Positions 24,979 through 35,849 of a DNA stretch of 64,000 bases are shown piece by piece. The position numbers were made by a program, and so were the translations under genes. Position 1 is the stretch's first letter; every line of letters starts with the position of its first letter. The stretch lies in assembly GCA_038087875.1 (NCBI GenBank), contig CM075992.1, positions 11,472,001 through 11,536,000 on the forward strand, read 5' to 3'. A model generated the notes under the pieces. It made no database searches and was not told where the DNA came from. It saw only the letters and a program-made list of their open reading frames with translations. Source of the DNA: Malacoraja senta (Eukaryota).

Positions 24979-25098
24979 CAAAATTCTCTTTCCCTGCCAC
25001 GCTCTTCCAGCCAATGTTCAGGCTGTTATTGCCAGTGGATAACTTTGATCTGTTATCGTTTGGGATCGTGCTGTTCCGGATTGCTTGCATGATGATTT
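24979..25098 (-). CDS. ADGRE5-like: Adhesion GPCR E (CD97-like) exon, GAIN domain: (E)IIMQAIRNSTIPNDNRSKLSTGNNSLNIGWKSVAGKENF(G)
   Basis: 120 nt, phase 1-1. Acceptor ttttcaaag, donor gtaagt. Resembles the ADGRE segment ELTLMIQ..MKLNWAVAAG (recalled). In frame with the upstream exon. Confidence 0.85.
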
Positions 25099-25479
25099 CT
25101 TTGAAAATGGAGGAGCAGGAAAGTCAGCAGCAGCAGCATTAAATACAGGGAATAAAATGTCACACAGCTTCAGTAATTTGTCATATCTTTGTGTGGAAAA
25201 TAACATAATATTTCCAATGGTTCTCAATCCTATCTCTCTCCAGAAACCCAATGAGTTGCTCACAATACCCTGTACACAGAGATTGTCAACGTCTTTTTCT
25301 AATTACGAGTGGAGCATGGTCTTTAAAAGAAGAAACATCACCCATTCCTTCTCTCCAGGGTGACTCCAGCTATTTGTGCCTATCTTCTTTAAACCATAAA
25401 GGTCTATCTTTAATGCTTTCACAAAAAATACATTAATAATCCAGCAGATAGACACAAATAGCTGGAATAACTCAATAAA

Positions 25480-26600
25480 AAACTGTTTTTTTAGTATGTG
25501 TTAAATGTATGTTTTAGTGTTCTTTAGCTTAGCTGATGTGGGGGGTGGGGTGGGACAGTGATGGGGGAACCTTTTGTAACCTCTTATCCCGACGGAGATG
25601 CGATTTTTTTGCCGTATGATATCTCTGTCCGCACTGAGGCCTAACATCGAGGAGCTGGTGGCCTCTGCTGGAGACCGACTTCGGAAGCTCCAACCGCAGG
25701 AGCCTGCGGCCTTTAACATCATGGTGCTCGCGGTCCCTTGGTTAGAGAGCGACATCGGGAGCTCCAAGCCGCAGGAGCTTCGACCGCCCCGACATGGGAG
25801 CTACGATCGCCCCCAACGAGGGAGCTTCGATTGCCCTGACAGTGCAAAAAGACCTGAAGGCAAGACTGAGGCAGGGCAAGGACGACTACAGGAAGAAGCT
25901 GGAGCTGAAACTTCAGCAGAACAACATGAGGGATGTGTGGAGCAGTATGAAGAGCATTACAGACCACAAGAAGACCAGTGGCCTGGGGAGGGAAAGCAAT
26001 CAGGACTGCTCCATCATTCCTATGTTCACCTGGATAAGCCAGGAAGCAATGTGAGAGTCATGTTTTTTTACTTCTCCAGTGCTTTTAACACCATCCAGCC
26101 TGCAATGCAAGGGAGCAAACTGATGAGGATGCCGGTGGATGCTCCATTGGTGTCCTGGATCACCAACTACCTGACTGGCCGACCACATTGTGGCAGGCTA
26201 TAGAACTGTGTCTTGGACATGGTAGTGAGCAACACAGGGGCCCCACAAGGACGGTCCTCTCTCCCTTCCTGTTCACCATTTACACCTCGGATATAACCCG
26301 GTCCTCTCTCCTTTCCTGTTGACCATTTACACCTTCAGATATAACCCGGACTTCTGCCACCTGCAGAAGTGTTTGTATGTCTCTGCAATTGTGGGCTGCA
26401 TCAGTGAGGGGATGGAAGCTGAATACAGAGGTGTAGTCAATAACTGTTGAATGGTGTGGGCTGAAACCCCCCCCCCCAAATCTTTGCACATCCCTAATCC
26501 TTTCCACTCATCACTTTAATTTCATGTTTCATGTAATTTGTGTTTTTATGACTATTGGCAGATCAATTTGCCTCCTGGGATAAATAATGTTCTATTGTAC
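25480..26600 (+). mobile_element. Composite repeat: GC-rich dispersed repeat plus Rex1/Babar-like LINE RT fragment
   Basis: KDDYRKKLELKLQQNNMRDVW and HLDKPGSNVRVMFFYFSSAFNTIQP..VSWITNYLTGRP are typical Rex-Babar RT segments, internally deleted. Confidence 0.75.
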
Positions 26601-26826
26601 CACTTTTGTAATTGCCTTTGTTCCTGGGTGTTTGTGTTGCAGAACCAGGCAGTGATGCTATCAGTCAACATTGACGTGTTACCCATGAGAAAGTACACCA
26701 GTTTCCTCCTTCACTGTCAAACCTAAACCGTTTCTATGGCTGCTGGTACCAACTGTGTACCTTAAACCAATGGCTAAAACAGAACTTTATTCAACACCAC
26801 TAGAAAAAACAAGATTGTTACATTAC

Positions 26827-27004
26827 CCAGGTTATTGGAAGAGAAGTTTGCCTTTTGTTGGTGATGTAAATTCCGGGCAGCTGCAATTGTATAATTTTCC
26901 ATGACTTCCAGGAAATTGGAAACCAACTTGAAGAATTTTGTTGAACTTGTGTTGCAAAACTTTAACAAACTCATGGTGGAAACCTCAGCAAATGAATCAA
27001 TATC
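26827..27004 (-). CDS. ADGRE5-like: Adhesion GPCR E exon, GAIN subdomain A: DIDSFAEVSTMSLLKFCNTSSTKFFKLVSNFLEVMENYTIAAARNLHHQQKANFSSNNL
   Basis: 178 nt, phase 0-1. Acceptor tattccaacag, donor gtaatg. Helical motif like ADGRE 'LLSNLEDIMRILA' (recalled). Joins the 25098 exon to form GAA (E). Confidence 0.85.
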
Positions 27005-27169
27005 CTGTTGGAATAGAGACAGTGCCTTTGTCACCACTTGATCAACCTTTAAGCACCTGTGAACATGTACTCTATCCATTCCTCTACACCGCTCTATATC
27101 CTTCAATTTATTGAATATTCTCTTACTCATTTGCAATCATCTCCCTCCTTCCATCCAATGTACATATAG

Positions 27170-27625
27170 AAATGCTGTTCAGTGTGGACTTGGTAGGTCG
27201 AAGGACCTGTGTCCATGCTGTATCTCTAAAGTCTAAACAACAGGCACTACGGCCCAATTTGTTCATGCTGACCAAGTTGCCCCATCGAAGCTGGTCCCAT
27301 TAATGTCCCTCTGAACCTTTCCAGTCTGTGTACCAATCCAAATGTATTTTAAATGTTGTTATTATGCCTCTCTCAATTATTTCCTCTCGCAGCTCGTCCC
27401 ATATATGTACCACCCTCTCTATGAAAATATTGCCCCTCCGGTTCCTATTAAATCTTTTCCCTCTCGCCATGTTCTCTAATTCCTCAGCCCTGGGGAAAAA
27501 TAACTTGTGTTCATTGACCCTATCTATAACCCTCATGATTGTATACACCTCTGTCAGATTACCCATCATTCTCCCACACTCCCTGCCTGCCCAATCTCCC
27601 CCTATAGCTCACACCCTCAATTTCC
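27170..27625 (-). mobile_element. CR1 3' fragments
   Basis: GNLTEVYTIMRVIDRV..RVVHIWDEL is a CR1 RT C-terminus. Confidence 0.7.
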
Positions 27626-27629
27626 AGCA

Positions 27630-28100
27630 ACATTTGCAGAAACCATTCCCTCCGCAAACCTTGGTTCCCTCATCCAGTCCCACCTAAACCGCACCATCCT
27701 CAGGTATATTCCCCTGCAACAGCATGAGATGTAACACTTGGCCTATACCTCCTCGTTCACCACCATCCAAGGACTCCAGCTGTACTTTCAGGTGAGATGC
27801 TTCTCCTCTAATCTCATCTACTGCATTCAGCATTACATTACTGGTGTCCAGTGAGACCAGGTGTAGACAAGGGATCATTTCGCTGAACACTTGCACTCGG
27901 TCTACCAAGACCGACTGGATCTCCCAGCTGTTAACCATTTTAATTCCCCTTCCCATTCTCGTACCACCATTTCTGTCCTGGGCCTCCTGCATTATCAGAT
28001 TAAGGCCACACTCAAACTGGAGGAACAACACCTCATATTCTGCTTGGGTAGGTGGCAACTCAACAGTATGAACATTGAATTCTCCAATTCATAGCAACAA
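27630..28100 (+). mobile_element. Penelope GIY-YIG fragment
   Basis: HFNSPSHS..SVLGLLH..KLEEQHLIFCLG..MNIEFSN. Confidence 0.8.
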
Positions 28101-28169
28101 CCCAATTGATTTTTTCTTCCTGCCCCCTTTCCTGACTCCAATGCGCACCGGTGAAAAACATGAGCTTAC

Positions 28170-28207
28170 CGCAAAAGATGAACTCTTCGGGCGAAGATTT
28201 ATCAAAT
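28170..28207 (-). CDS. ADGRE5-like: Short linker exon between the EGF repeats and GAIN: (D)LINLRPKSSSFA
   Basis: 38 nt. Acceptor ttttcttcacag, donor gtaagc. Phase 1-0 exactly bridges the EGF exon (phase 1) and the 27004 exon (phase 0). It lies in a unique island between TEs. Confidence 0.7.
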
Positions 28208-28214
28208 CTGTGAA

Positions 28215-28910
28215 GAAAACAGAATCTAGTTGAAAAAAGATACAAAATGCTGGAATAACTCAGCAGGTCAGGCACTATCCCTGGAGAATTTAGACCGGAG
28301 GCATTTCGGGTTGGGACCCTTCTTTGGACCGATCGTATGGGGGGGCCAAAAAAGCTGGAAGAAAGGAGGGACAGGACAAAGTGTGGTTGCGATGGGTGAA
28401 CACAGGCAAAGGGGTTTTGATAGGCAAATGGTTGGACAAATGAGGGGGCTGGGAAGAAATAGGTACAAGGCCAGGTGGGACTCAGGGGAATCCCTCCCCT
28501 TTCACCCCCAGACAACCATCTTTCTTGCTCCCTCCGCTGACCTGAGCCACAACTGGCCGTGCACCTATTACTCCCCTCCCCCAACATTTCTTCCTCCAGA
28601 TTCTTAAATCACAACTCTTTAATCCTTTTGTCTCACACCCTGTGTGTTTTCATCTCTGGCCTTTGTCCACCCATCTGCCTATCAACCCTCCCTCGCTTGT
28701 GCTTACCTATTACCTGCCGTGCTTTGTCCTGCTCCCAGCTCCCTCCTCTCTTCCACTTTTCATCTCCTCACCTTACAAACAATCTGAAGAAGGGTCCCGA
28801 CCAGAAATGTCACCTTTGCATATTCTGCAGGGATGCTGCCTGACCCTCTGAGTTACTCCTGCATTTTGTATCTATTTTTGGTAAACCAGCATCTGCAGTG
28901 CTTTGTTTCA
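28215..28910. mobile_element. Two degenerate Penelope 3' end fragments in opposite orientation
   Basis: ACAAAATGCTGGAATAACTCAGC at ~28242 and CTGAAGAAGGGTCCCGACCAGAAATGTCACC at 28784-28814. Confidence 0.7.
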
Positions 28911-28996
28911 ACCAGAAAACAGCTGCAGCAGCTGTCAGGAGGATATGTTGTTACAAAGGACCTTCCACCATCACCATCTGCTTACTGAAGGATACT

Positions 28997-30290
28997 AGTA
29001 TTGTGAGCAATTTTGGGCACCATATCTGAGGAAGGATATGCTGGCCTTGGAGAGGGTCCAGAGGAGGTTTACAAGAATGATCCCAGGAATGAGTGGCTTA
29101 ACATATGATGAGCGTTTGATGGCACGGTGCCTGGAGTTTAGAAGAATGAGAGGGGGCCTCATTGAAACGTACCAAATAGTGAAAGGCTTGAGTAGAGTGG
29201 ATGTGGAGAGGGTGTTACCACGGTGCGAGAGTCCAGGACTGGAGATCATCGCCTCAGAATTAAAGGACGTTCCTTTAGGAAGGAGATGAGAAGGAATTTC
29301 AGAGGGTGGTGAATCTGTGGAATTCTTAGCCACAGAAGGCAGTGGAGGCCGTCAATGGATATTTCTAAAGCAGATGTAGATAGATTCTTGATTAGTACGG
29401 GTGTCAGGGATTATTGGGAGAAGGCATGAGAATGGGGTTAGGAGGGAGAGATAAATCAGCTATAATGGTGAAGTAGACTTGCAGATGGGCCGAATGACCC
29501 AATTCTGCTCCTATCACTTTGGACTTCATGACCTTACTTTCATGAAACCTTTATCTTTACATTTAAGAGAAAAGTGCTCCTGCCCTACTGCAGCCAATGA
29601 CCTAGGGAGGGTCCTGACCATTGAAGATGGTGGAGTTTGCACCTTCCTCCTGTATCCACGTGGTCTCCTCTCAGGATTCCAATTTTCCTCCCATTGATAA
29701 GGGTTGCGCATGGTAGGCTGCTTTGGAAGGTGAGATTGCAAGGGTTGCTGGGGGAACTACCCAACTGGATACAGAATATGCTGCATGAAAGGAAGCAGAT
29801 AGTGGTGGTGGAAGACTGAATGCCTGTGGCTAGTAGTGTGCCTCAGTAATCAGCGCTGTGTCCATTGCTGTGTGTGTTTTAATCAACAATTTGGATAGAA
29901 TGTACAAGGCATGATTAGTAAGCTTGCAGAGGACACAAAAGTAGGTGGAACTGTGGATGGTGAAGATCCTTATCAAAAATTGCAGCAGGTTGTTGAACAT
30001 CTAGACAAGTGGGCTGATGAATGGCTAATGGAGAGGGGTTGCACTTTAAGAAAGTGACAGGCACTTCACAGTGAATGCTCGGACAATGGCGAGCATTGAA
30101 GAGCAGAGGGATGAAGGTTACAGGTATATAGTTCCCAGAAAGTGGAGTCACAGGTAGTTAGGATGGTGAAGAAAGGGTTTGGTACATTCGCCATCATCAG
30201 TCAGAGTTGGGATGTTATGTTACAGTTGTACAAACTCTATTGGATGGATGCTATTGGGTTGGAAAGAGTGCAGAGAAGATTTGTATTTTC
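28997..30290 (+). mobile_element. Two CR1 fragments (RT C-terminus plus 3'UTR; older RT fragment)
   Basis: LERVQRRFTRMIPG at 29038 and 30255, and (CATGACTT)n-like tail at ~29520. Confidence 0.75.
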
Positions 30291-30302
30291 AGATGATCAG
30301 AA

Positions 30303-30778
30303 GGGTGGCAACAGTGGCGCAGCGGTAGAGTTGCTGCCTTACAGCGCTTGCAGCACCGGAGACTCGAGTTCAATCCCAACTACGGCTGCTGTCTGTATGG
30401 AGTTTGTATGTTCTCCCCTGGGGTGGAAGATTGCAACCTTCACGTGGTCCGCCTTGTTTCGATGAATGCAATCAACCCGGCGTGCACAATCAAATAAGAT
30501 CTAATAGAACAAGTTGTCCTGCAACTTTAGGCTATGCACGCCATACGCAAGAAGAAGGAGAAGAATGTTCTCCCCGTGACTGTGTGGGTTTTCCCCGAGA
30601 TCTTTGGTTTCCTTCCACGCTCCAAAGACGTACAAATTTGCAGGATAATTAGCTTTGTGTGTGTGAGCAAATTGTCCCTAGTGTGTAGGCTAGTGTAACT
30701 GTGTGGGGATTGCTGGTTGGTGCGGACTCGGTGGGCCGAAGTGGCTGTTTCTGCCCTGTATCTCTAAACTAAACTAAA
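30303..30778 (+). mobile_element. HE1-type tRNA SINE, full length, interrupted by a 146-bp retroposon
   Basis: A and B boxes at 30314-30377 and a (CTAAA)n tail at ~30765-30778. Confidence 0.85.
30419..30564 (+). mobile_element. Short non-LTR 3' end (CCATACGC + (AAG)n tail; possibly Vingi/ingi-related)
   Basis: 11-bp TSD ATGTTCTCCCC at 30408-30418 and 30565-30575. The family assignment is tentative. Confidence 0.75.
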
Positions 30779-30779
30779 A

Positions 30780-32260
30780 GAGTTGTAGGGAGAGGTGAAT
30801 TCTTTATTCTTGGAGCACAGTCGGCTAAGGAGTGATCTTATGCAAAAATCTTGAGGGGAATAGATAGGGTGCATGCACAGAGTCTTTTACCCAGAATAGG
30901 GCATTCCAGAATCAATAGGTTTAAAGTATTAAGGGACGATTTAATGGGAACCTTAGGGGCAATTGTTTCCACACAGATGGTGGTGGATTTATGGAACAAA
31001 CTGCCAGTGTGTAAGAAAGAACTGCAGATGCTGGTATAAATCGAAGATTGACAGAAAATGCTGGAGTAATTCAGCGGGTGAGGCAGCATCTCTGGAGAGA
31101 AGGAATGGGCGATGTTTTGGGTTGAGACCCTTCTTCAGACTGATGTCAAGGGAGGGGGCGGGACAAAGATAGAATGTCAAAGAACAAGCTGCCAGTGTCG
31201 GTAATTGAGGTACATCCTATAACATTTAAAATGCATTTGGACAAGTACGGGATAGGAAACGTTTACAAGGACACGGGCAGATGACCCTAGTCTAGATGGG
31301 GCATTTTGATCAGCATAGTAAAGTTGGGCCGAAGGGCTTCTATTAATGCTGTAATACTCACACATCCCAAAAATATGAGGATTGGTAGGTTAATTGGCAA
31401 ATGTAAATTCCTCCGATTAGGTCTATAGATTTGCAGAGTAGCACAGAATAGGAACAGGCCCTTTGCACAAACTCATGTATAACTCAGCCAGGAGAGGCTG
31501 CAGCCAGTGGCTCTCCCCCTCTCAGACAGGTCTGCTGCTCTGAACCCTGTCGGGGACAAGAGCCTCTCAGAGGCAGCAGCAGCAGCCATGTCAGTGGCAC
31601 CAATGTGTGGGTCTGTGTAAAGCAGGGCAGGGCAAGGACCAGGGGAGCAATAGTGAGACGGGACTCTCTAGTCAGAGGCACAGATGGGTGTTACTGTGGC
31701 TGCGAGCCAGGGTCACGGATGTCTGAGTGGGCACAGGATATTCTGAAAGAAAGGGTGAACAGCCAGGACCACAATGGTACCGACAACATAGGTGGGGAGG
31801 CAGATGAGGTCCTGCCAGGTCTCCTGGGGAGTCAGGTGGTAAATTGAAAAGCAGCATCTCTGGGCTTGTAATCTCTGGATTAGACACTGTGGTGTCGAGC
31901 GAGGCAAGCAATAAGAAGATGGCTGGGATAGATGTGTAGCAAAATAAATTTGAAGCTCTCAACCATCTCCACTACAGCACCATTGATGCTGACTGGGGCG
32001 TGTACTCCACCTCACTTCTTCAAGTCAAAGACAAGCTCCTTCATTTTGTTGGCATTGAGGCAGAGGTTGTTGCTTTCACACCATGTTACTAAGCTCTCCA
32101 TCGCCTCGTACTCTTGTACTCCATCTAGTCATTGTTTGAGATCCAGCACAGCCCAAGGAGGGCTGTAGTTATAAAGTGAATGCACAGGCTAATGGTGAAT
32201 TTATAGAGGTGTATAAAATCATGAGGGGAATAGATAGTGTGAACACACAGAGGCTAGAGA
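30780..32260. mobile_element. Mosaic of degenerate CR1 (3' end and ORF1), Penelope end (31005-31175) and LINE fragments
   Basis: RGIDRVHAQSLLPR..VVDLWNKLP; AIVRRDSLVRGTD (esterase-like); AAAGAACTGCAGATGCTGG (Penelope end). Confidence 0.65.
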
Positions 32261-32377
32261 CTCCTTCAGTCTCCTCATGACATGTGCAAACCAGCTAGTA
32301 GGAACATTGTAGAAGGTACACAAAAATGCTGGAGAAACTCAGCGGGTGCAGCAGCATCTATGGAGCGAAGGAAATAG

Positions 32378-32410
32378 GTAACGTTTCGGGCCGAAACCCT
32401 TCTTCAGACT
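32378..32410 (-). ncRNA. Minimal type I hammerhead ribozyme motif of the Penelope 3' end
   Basis: The minus strand reads GT-CTGAAGA-A-GGGT-TTCG-GCCC-GAAAC-GTT-AC. This gives the CUGANGA and GAAA cores, stem II with a UUCG loop, and the palindrome AACGTT in place of stem III. Confidence 0.75.
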
Positions 32411-32523
32411 GATAGGGGGTGGGGAGAAGAAAGGAAAAAAGGAAAAGGCGGAGGAGGAGCCCGAGGGCTGGGGGAGGGGAGGAGACAACCAGATGGCTGA
32501 TGAAGGGGAGGGGACAGCCAGGG

Positions 32524-34260
32524 CTAGCAGAATTGGGAGAATTCAACGTTCAGGCCACCAGGATGTAGACTGCCCAAGCAGAATATGAGGTGCATTTCCT
32601 CCAATTTACGGTGTTGCTCGCTGTGGCCATGGAGGAGACCCAGGACAGAGAGGTCAGATACGGAATGGGAGGGGGAGTTGAAGTGCTGAGCCACCGGGAG
32701 TTCAGGTTGGTTATTGCGGACCGACCGGAGGTGTTCGGCGAAACGATCGCCAAGCCTCCGCTTGGTCTCACCGATGTAGATCAGCTGGCATCTAGAGCAG
32801 CGAATGCAATAGATGAGGTTGGAGGAGATGCAGGTGAACCTCTGTCGCACCTGGAACGACTGCTTGGGTCCTGGAATGGAGTGGAGGGGGGAAGTGAAGG
32901 GACAAGTGTTGCATCTCTTGCGGTTGCAAGGGAAAGTACCAGGGGAGGGGGTGGTATGGGAGGGAAGGGAAGAATTGACAAGGGAGTTACGGAGGGAGCG
33001 GTCTTTGCGGAAGGCAGACATAGGGGGAGATGGGAAGATGTGGCGAGTGGTGGGGTCACGTTGGAGGTGGCGATACTGACGGAGGATCACTTGTTGTATG
33101 TGACGGCTGGAGGGGTGAAAGGTGAGGACTAGGGGGACTCTGCCTTTGTTGTGAGTGGGGGGATGGGGAGAGAGAGCAGTGTTGCGGGGTATGGCAGAGA
33201 CCCTGGTGCGAGCCTCATCTATGGTGGAGGAGGGGAACCCCCGTTCCCTGAAGAATGAGGACATTTCAGATGCCCTGGTGTGGAACGCCTCATCCTGGGA
33301 GCAGATGCGGCGTAGACGGAGGAATTGGGAGTGGGGGATGGAGTCCTTACAGGAAGCAGGGTGGGAAGAAGTGTAGTCCAGATAGCCATGGGAGTCGGTA
33401 GGTTTGTAGTGGATGTCGGTAAGGAGTCTATCACCTGCGATGGAGATAGTGAGGTCAAGGAATGGTAGGGAAGTGTCGGAAATGGTCCAGGTGTATTTGA
33501 GTGCCGGATGGAAGTTGGTGGTGAAGCGGATGAAGTCAGTCAGTTGTGTGTGGGTGCAGGATGTGGCACCAAAACAATCATCGATGTAGCGGAGGTAGAG
33601 GTCGGGGATGGGGCCCTGGTACGCATTGAACAGGGATTGTTCTACGTACCCGACAAAGAGGCAGGCGTAGCTGGGGCCCATGCGTGTGCCCATAGCTACG
33701 CCTTGTATTTGGAGGAAATGGGAGGAGTCAAATGAAAAGTTATTAAGTGTAAGTACCAGCTCCGCTAGGCGGAGGAGGGTGTCAGTGGCCGGGTATAGAT
33801 TGCTTCTACGGTCGAGGAAAAAACGGAGGGCTTTGAGACCATCCTGGTGGGGGATGGAGGTGTACAGTGACTGGACGTCCATGGTGAAGATGAGGGGGTG
33901 AGGGCCTAGAGAGTGGAATGCGCGGAGATGACGGAGAGTGTCTGAGGTGTCTTGAACATAGGTGGGGAGGGATTTAACCAAGGGGGATAGTATGGAGTCG
34001 AGGTAGGTGGAGATGAGTTCGGTGGGGCACGAACAGGCAGAGACAATGGGTCTACCGGGACAGTCAGGTTTGTGGATTTTGGGGAGAAGGTAAAAGCGGG
34101 CTGTGCGGGGCTGGGGAACGATGAGGTTGGAGGCTCGTTCGGGCAGGGCGTGGGAGTGGATGAAGTTGGTGATGGTGCTGGAGATGGTGGCCTGGTGCTC
34201 GTCAGTGGGGTCATGGTCCAGGGGTAAGTAGGAAGAGGTGTCCGAGAGTTGGCGCGTGGC
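32524..34260 (-). CDS. Penelope RT + GIY-YIG endonuclease (~580 aa, N-terminally truncated)
   Basis: LPKIHK..GRPIVS, MDVQSLYTSIP, QIQGVAMGT, RYIDD, PFLD, LIYCIRCSRCQLIYIGETKRRLGDRFAEH. Confidence 0.92.
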   Translation of the reverse strand, partial: ATRQLSDTSSYLPLDHDPTDEHQATISSTITNFIHSHALPERASNLIVPQPRTARFYLLPKIHKPDCPGRPIVSACSCPTELISTYLDSILSPLVKSLPTYVQDTSDTLRHLRAFHSLGPHPLIFTMDVQSLYTSIPHQDGLKALRFFLDRRSNLYPATDTLLRLAELVLTLNNFSFDSSHFLQIQGVAMGTRMGPSYACLFVGYVEQSLFNAYQGPIPDLYLRYIDDCFGATSCTHTQLTDFIRFTTNFHPALKYTWTISDTSLPFLDLTISIAGDRLLTDIHYKPTDSHGYLDYTSSHPASCKDSIPHSQFLRLRRICSQDEAFHTRASEMSSFFRERGFPSSTIDEARTRVSAIPRNTALSPHPPTHNKGRVPLVLTFHPSSRHIQQVILRQYRHLQRDPTTRHIFPSPPMSAFRKDRSLRNSLVNSSLPSHTTPSPGTFPCNRKRCNTCPFTSPLHSIPGPKQSFQVRQRFTCISSNLIYCIRCSRCQLIYIGETKRRLGDRFAEHLRSVRNNQPELPVAQHFNSPSHSVSDLSVLGLLHGHSEQHRKLEEMHLIFCLGSLHPGGLNVEFSQFC

Positions 34261-34849
34261 CATTGTAGACATCTTTAACCTCTCACCACTCCATTCTCAG
34301 ATTATTCTCACGAGGAGGTTTGGGGGTGACCTTATATAGATTTGGGCCATTCTTTGGAAAGTGAACCAAAATGTCACACACGTTACCAAAGGAGTGTCAC
34401 AGAGGGATTCACTTGGATACACTGTGAATGGAGGGATATGGATCACTTGCAGGCAGAGGAGATTAGTTTAACTTGGTGTTGTGTTCGCAGACAAATTGTG
34501 GGCTAAAGGGTCTGTTTCTGTGCTGTATGGTCTGTACAGGATTGTTAAGATGCTAATACTATCTTGCTATTTTGTCCAATGCTCTGGTTGGACACTGACT
34601 TTCGAGTCAAAGGCCAGTAAAATCCAAGCATGGCCAGAAAGGGGAGAATAAGTGAAGCAAAGCCTGTCCCAGATTATAGTTGTTAACATTATTGTGATCT
34701 GGATGTCCTTGAGGGACCAACGGTTAATAAGTAGTTTGAAATTTTAAGTTAATAACCAAAAATGCCCAATTTTGCTGGAACAAAGGACGAACAAAAAATA
34801 CCCTGAACGGAATGAAAAATACAAACTGAGCAGCTCAGACCACAACTGC

Positions 34850-35470
34850 TCACAGCACTGCAAGTGTGGTCTCACCATAGACTTGTATCTTTATGTCCCA
34901 GAGTTAAGTTATATTAGCTATTCCTTGGACCACTTTCCCAACTGACCGAGATCCTTTTGTAAACTTACTATATATTTCTTCACTGCCCAGTATACCACAG
35001 ATTTTGGAGTTACCTGCATATTTACTCACCGCAATAACTACATGATATTCATATTGATAATGTAGATAAGGAACAACAATAGACCCATCACCAAACCCTC
35101 CCTGCAGCACTCCACTGGTCACAGTCCACAATCAAATAAATCAACACATCACAACTACCCTTTGACTAATTCCTCCAAGCCAATTTTGTCAGACAGTCAT
35201 AGAGTGATACAGCATGGAAACATGCCCTTTGGCCCAACTTGCCCATGCCGGCCAACACGTCCCTACTACACTAGTCCTACTTGCCCAAGTTTGGTCCATA
35301 TGCCTCCAAACCCATCCTATCCATGTACAGTATCTGTCTAACAACATCCAATTCGCTAGCTCACCTTGGATTCCTGACTAGTCTACCATGTGGGACCTTG
35401 TCAAAGACCTTCCAAAGTCCATATAGACAACATTGCCCTACCGCCATCAATCCTCTTGGTGACTTCATGA
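34850..35470 (-). mobile_element. Old CR1 RT fragments
   Basis: WTVTSGVLQG..SKYAGNSKI, plus a degenerate 'DFDKVPHGRL' stretch. Confidence 0.65.
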
Positions 35471-35849
35471 AAAAACTCAGATTAATTTCCCACATAAAAA
35501 GCCACGCTGGCTGTAGAACCATTTTGGAACAAACCTGCCGTAATGTCCTGTCTCACTGGTTTGTTTGATGCAACTGATGTCACTCACAAGTCATGGCACA
35601 GTTGGGTAAAAGCAATGTTATGAAAGTTAGAGTCAACAGACTTTCAAAGGCCATAAAAGATGTCAGAAAGGTTCATGCTGATCAAACAAGGTGGACGGAG
35701 GGAAGCTTATTAATTTCACAGTGGTAGACGGCTCAAATATCAGAAAGAATGTGAGGACAAACCGAGTCATCTAAGCTTTTGAATTGGGATAATCTTGTAG
35801 GTAAAAGGTGGGGGAATGGAATTGATATACGGCAGCACTGGAAGGAGAG

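Larger units (their letters stand above)
32314..34260 (-). mobile_element. Young 5'-truncated Penelope-like element
   Basis: 9-bp TSD CATTGTAGA at 32305-32313 and 34261-34269. Uninterrupted ORF. CpGs retained. Confidence 0.95.

Noticed and set aside
25598..26203. 201-aa ORF as a host gene
   Set aside because: Chance fusion of a dispersed repeat with a deleted Rex-Babar RT fragment.
32590..33132. Plus-strand 180-aa ORF
   Set aside because: Antisense shadow of the Penelope ORF.
34750..34775. Strong minus-strand acceptor (cctttgttccag) as an extra linker exon
   Set aside because: No good donor follows, and the phase-1 frame stops within 8 codons.
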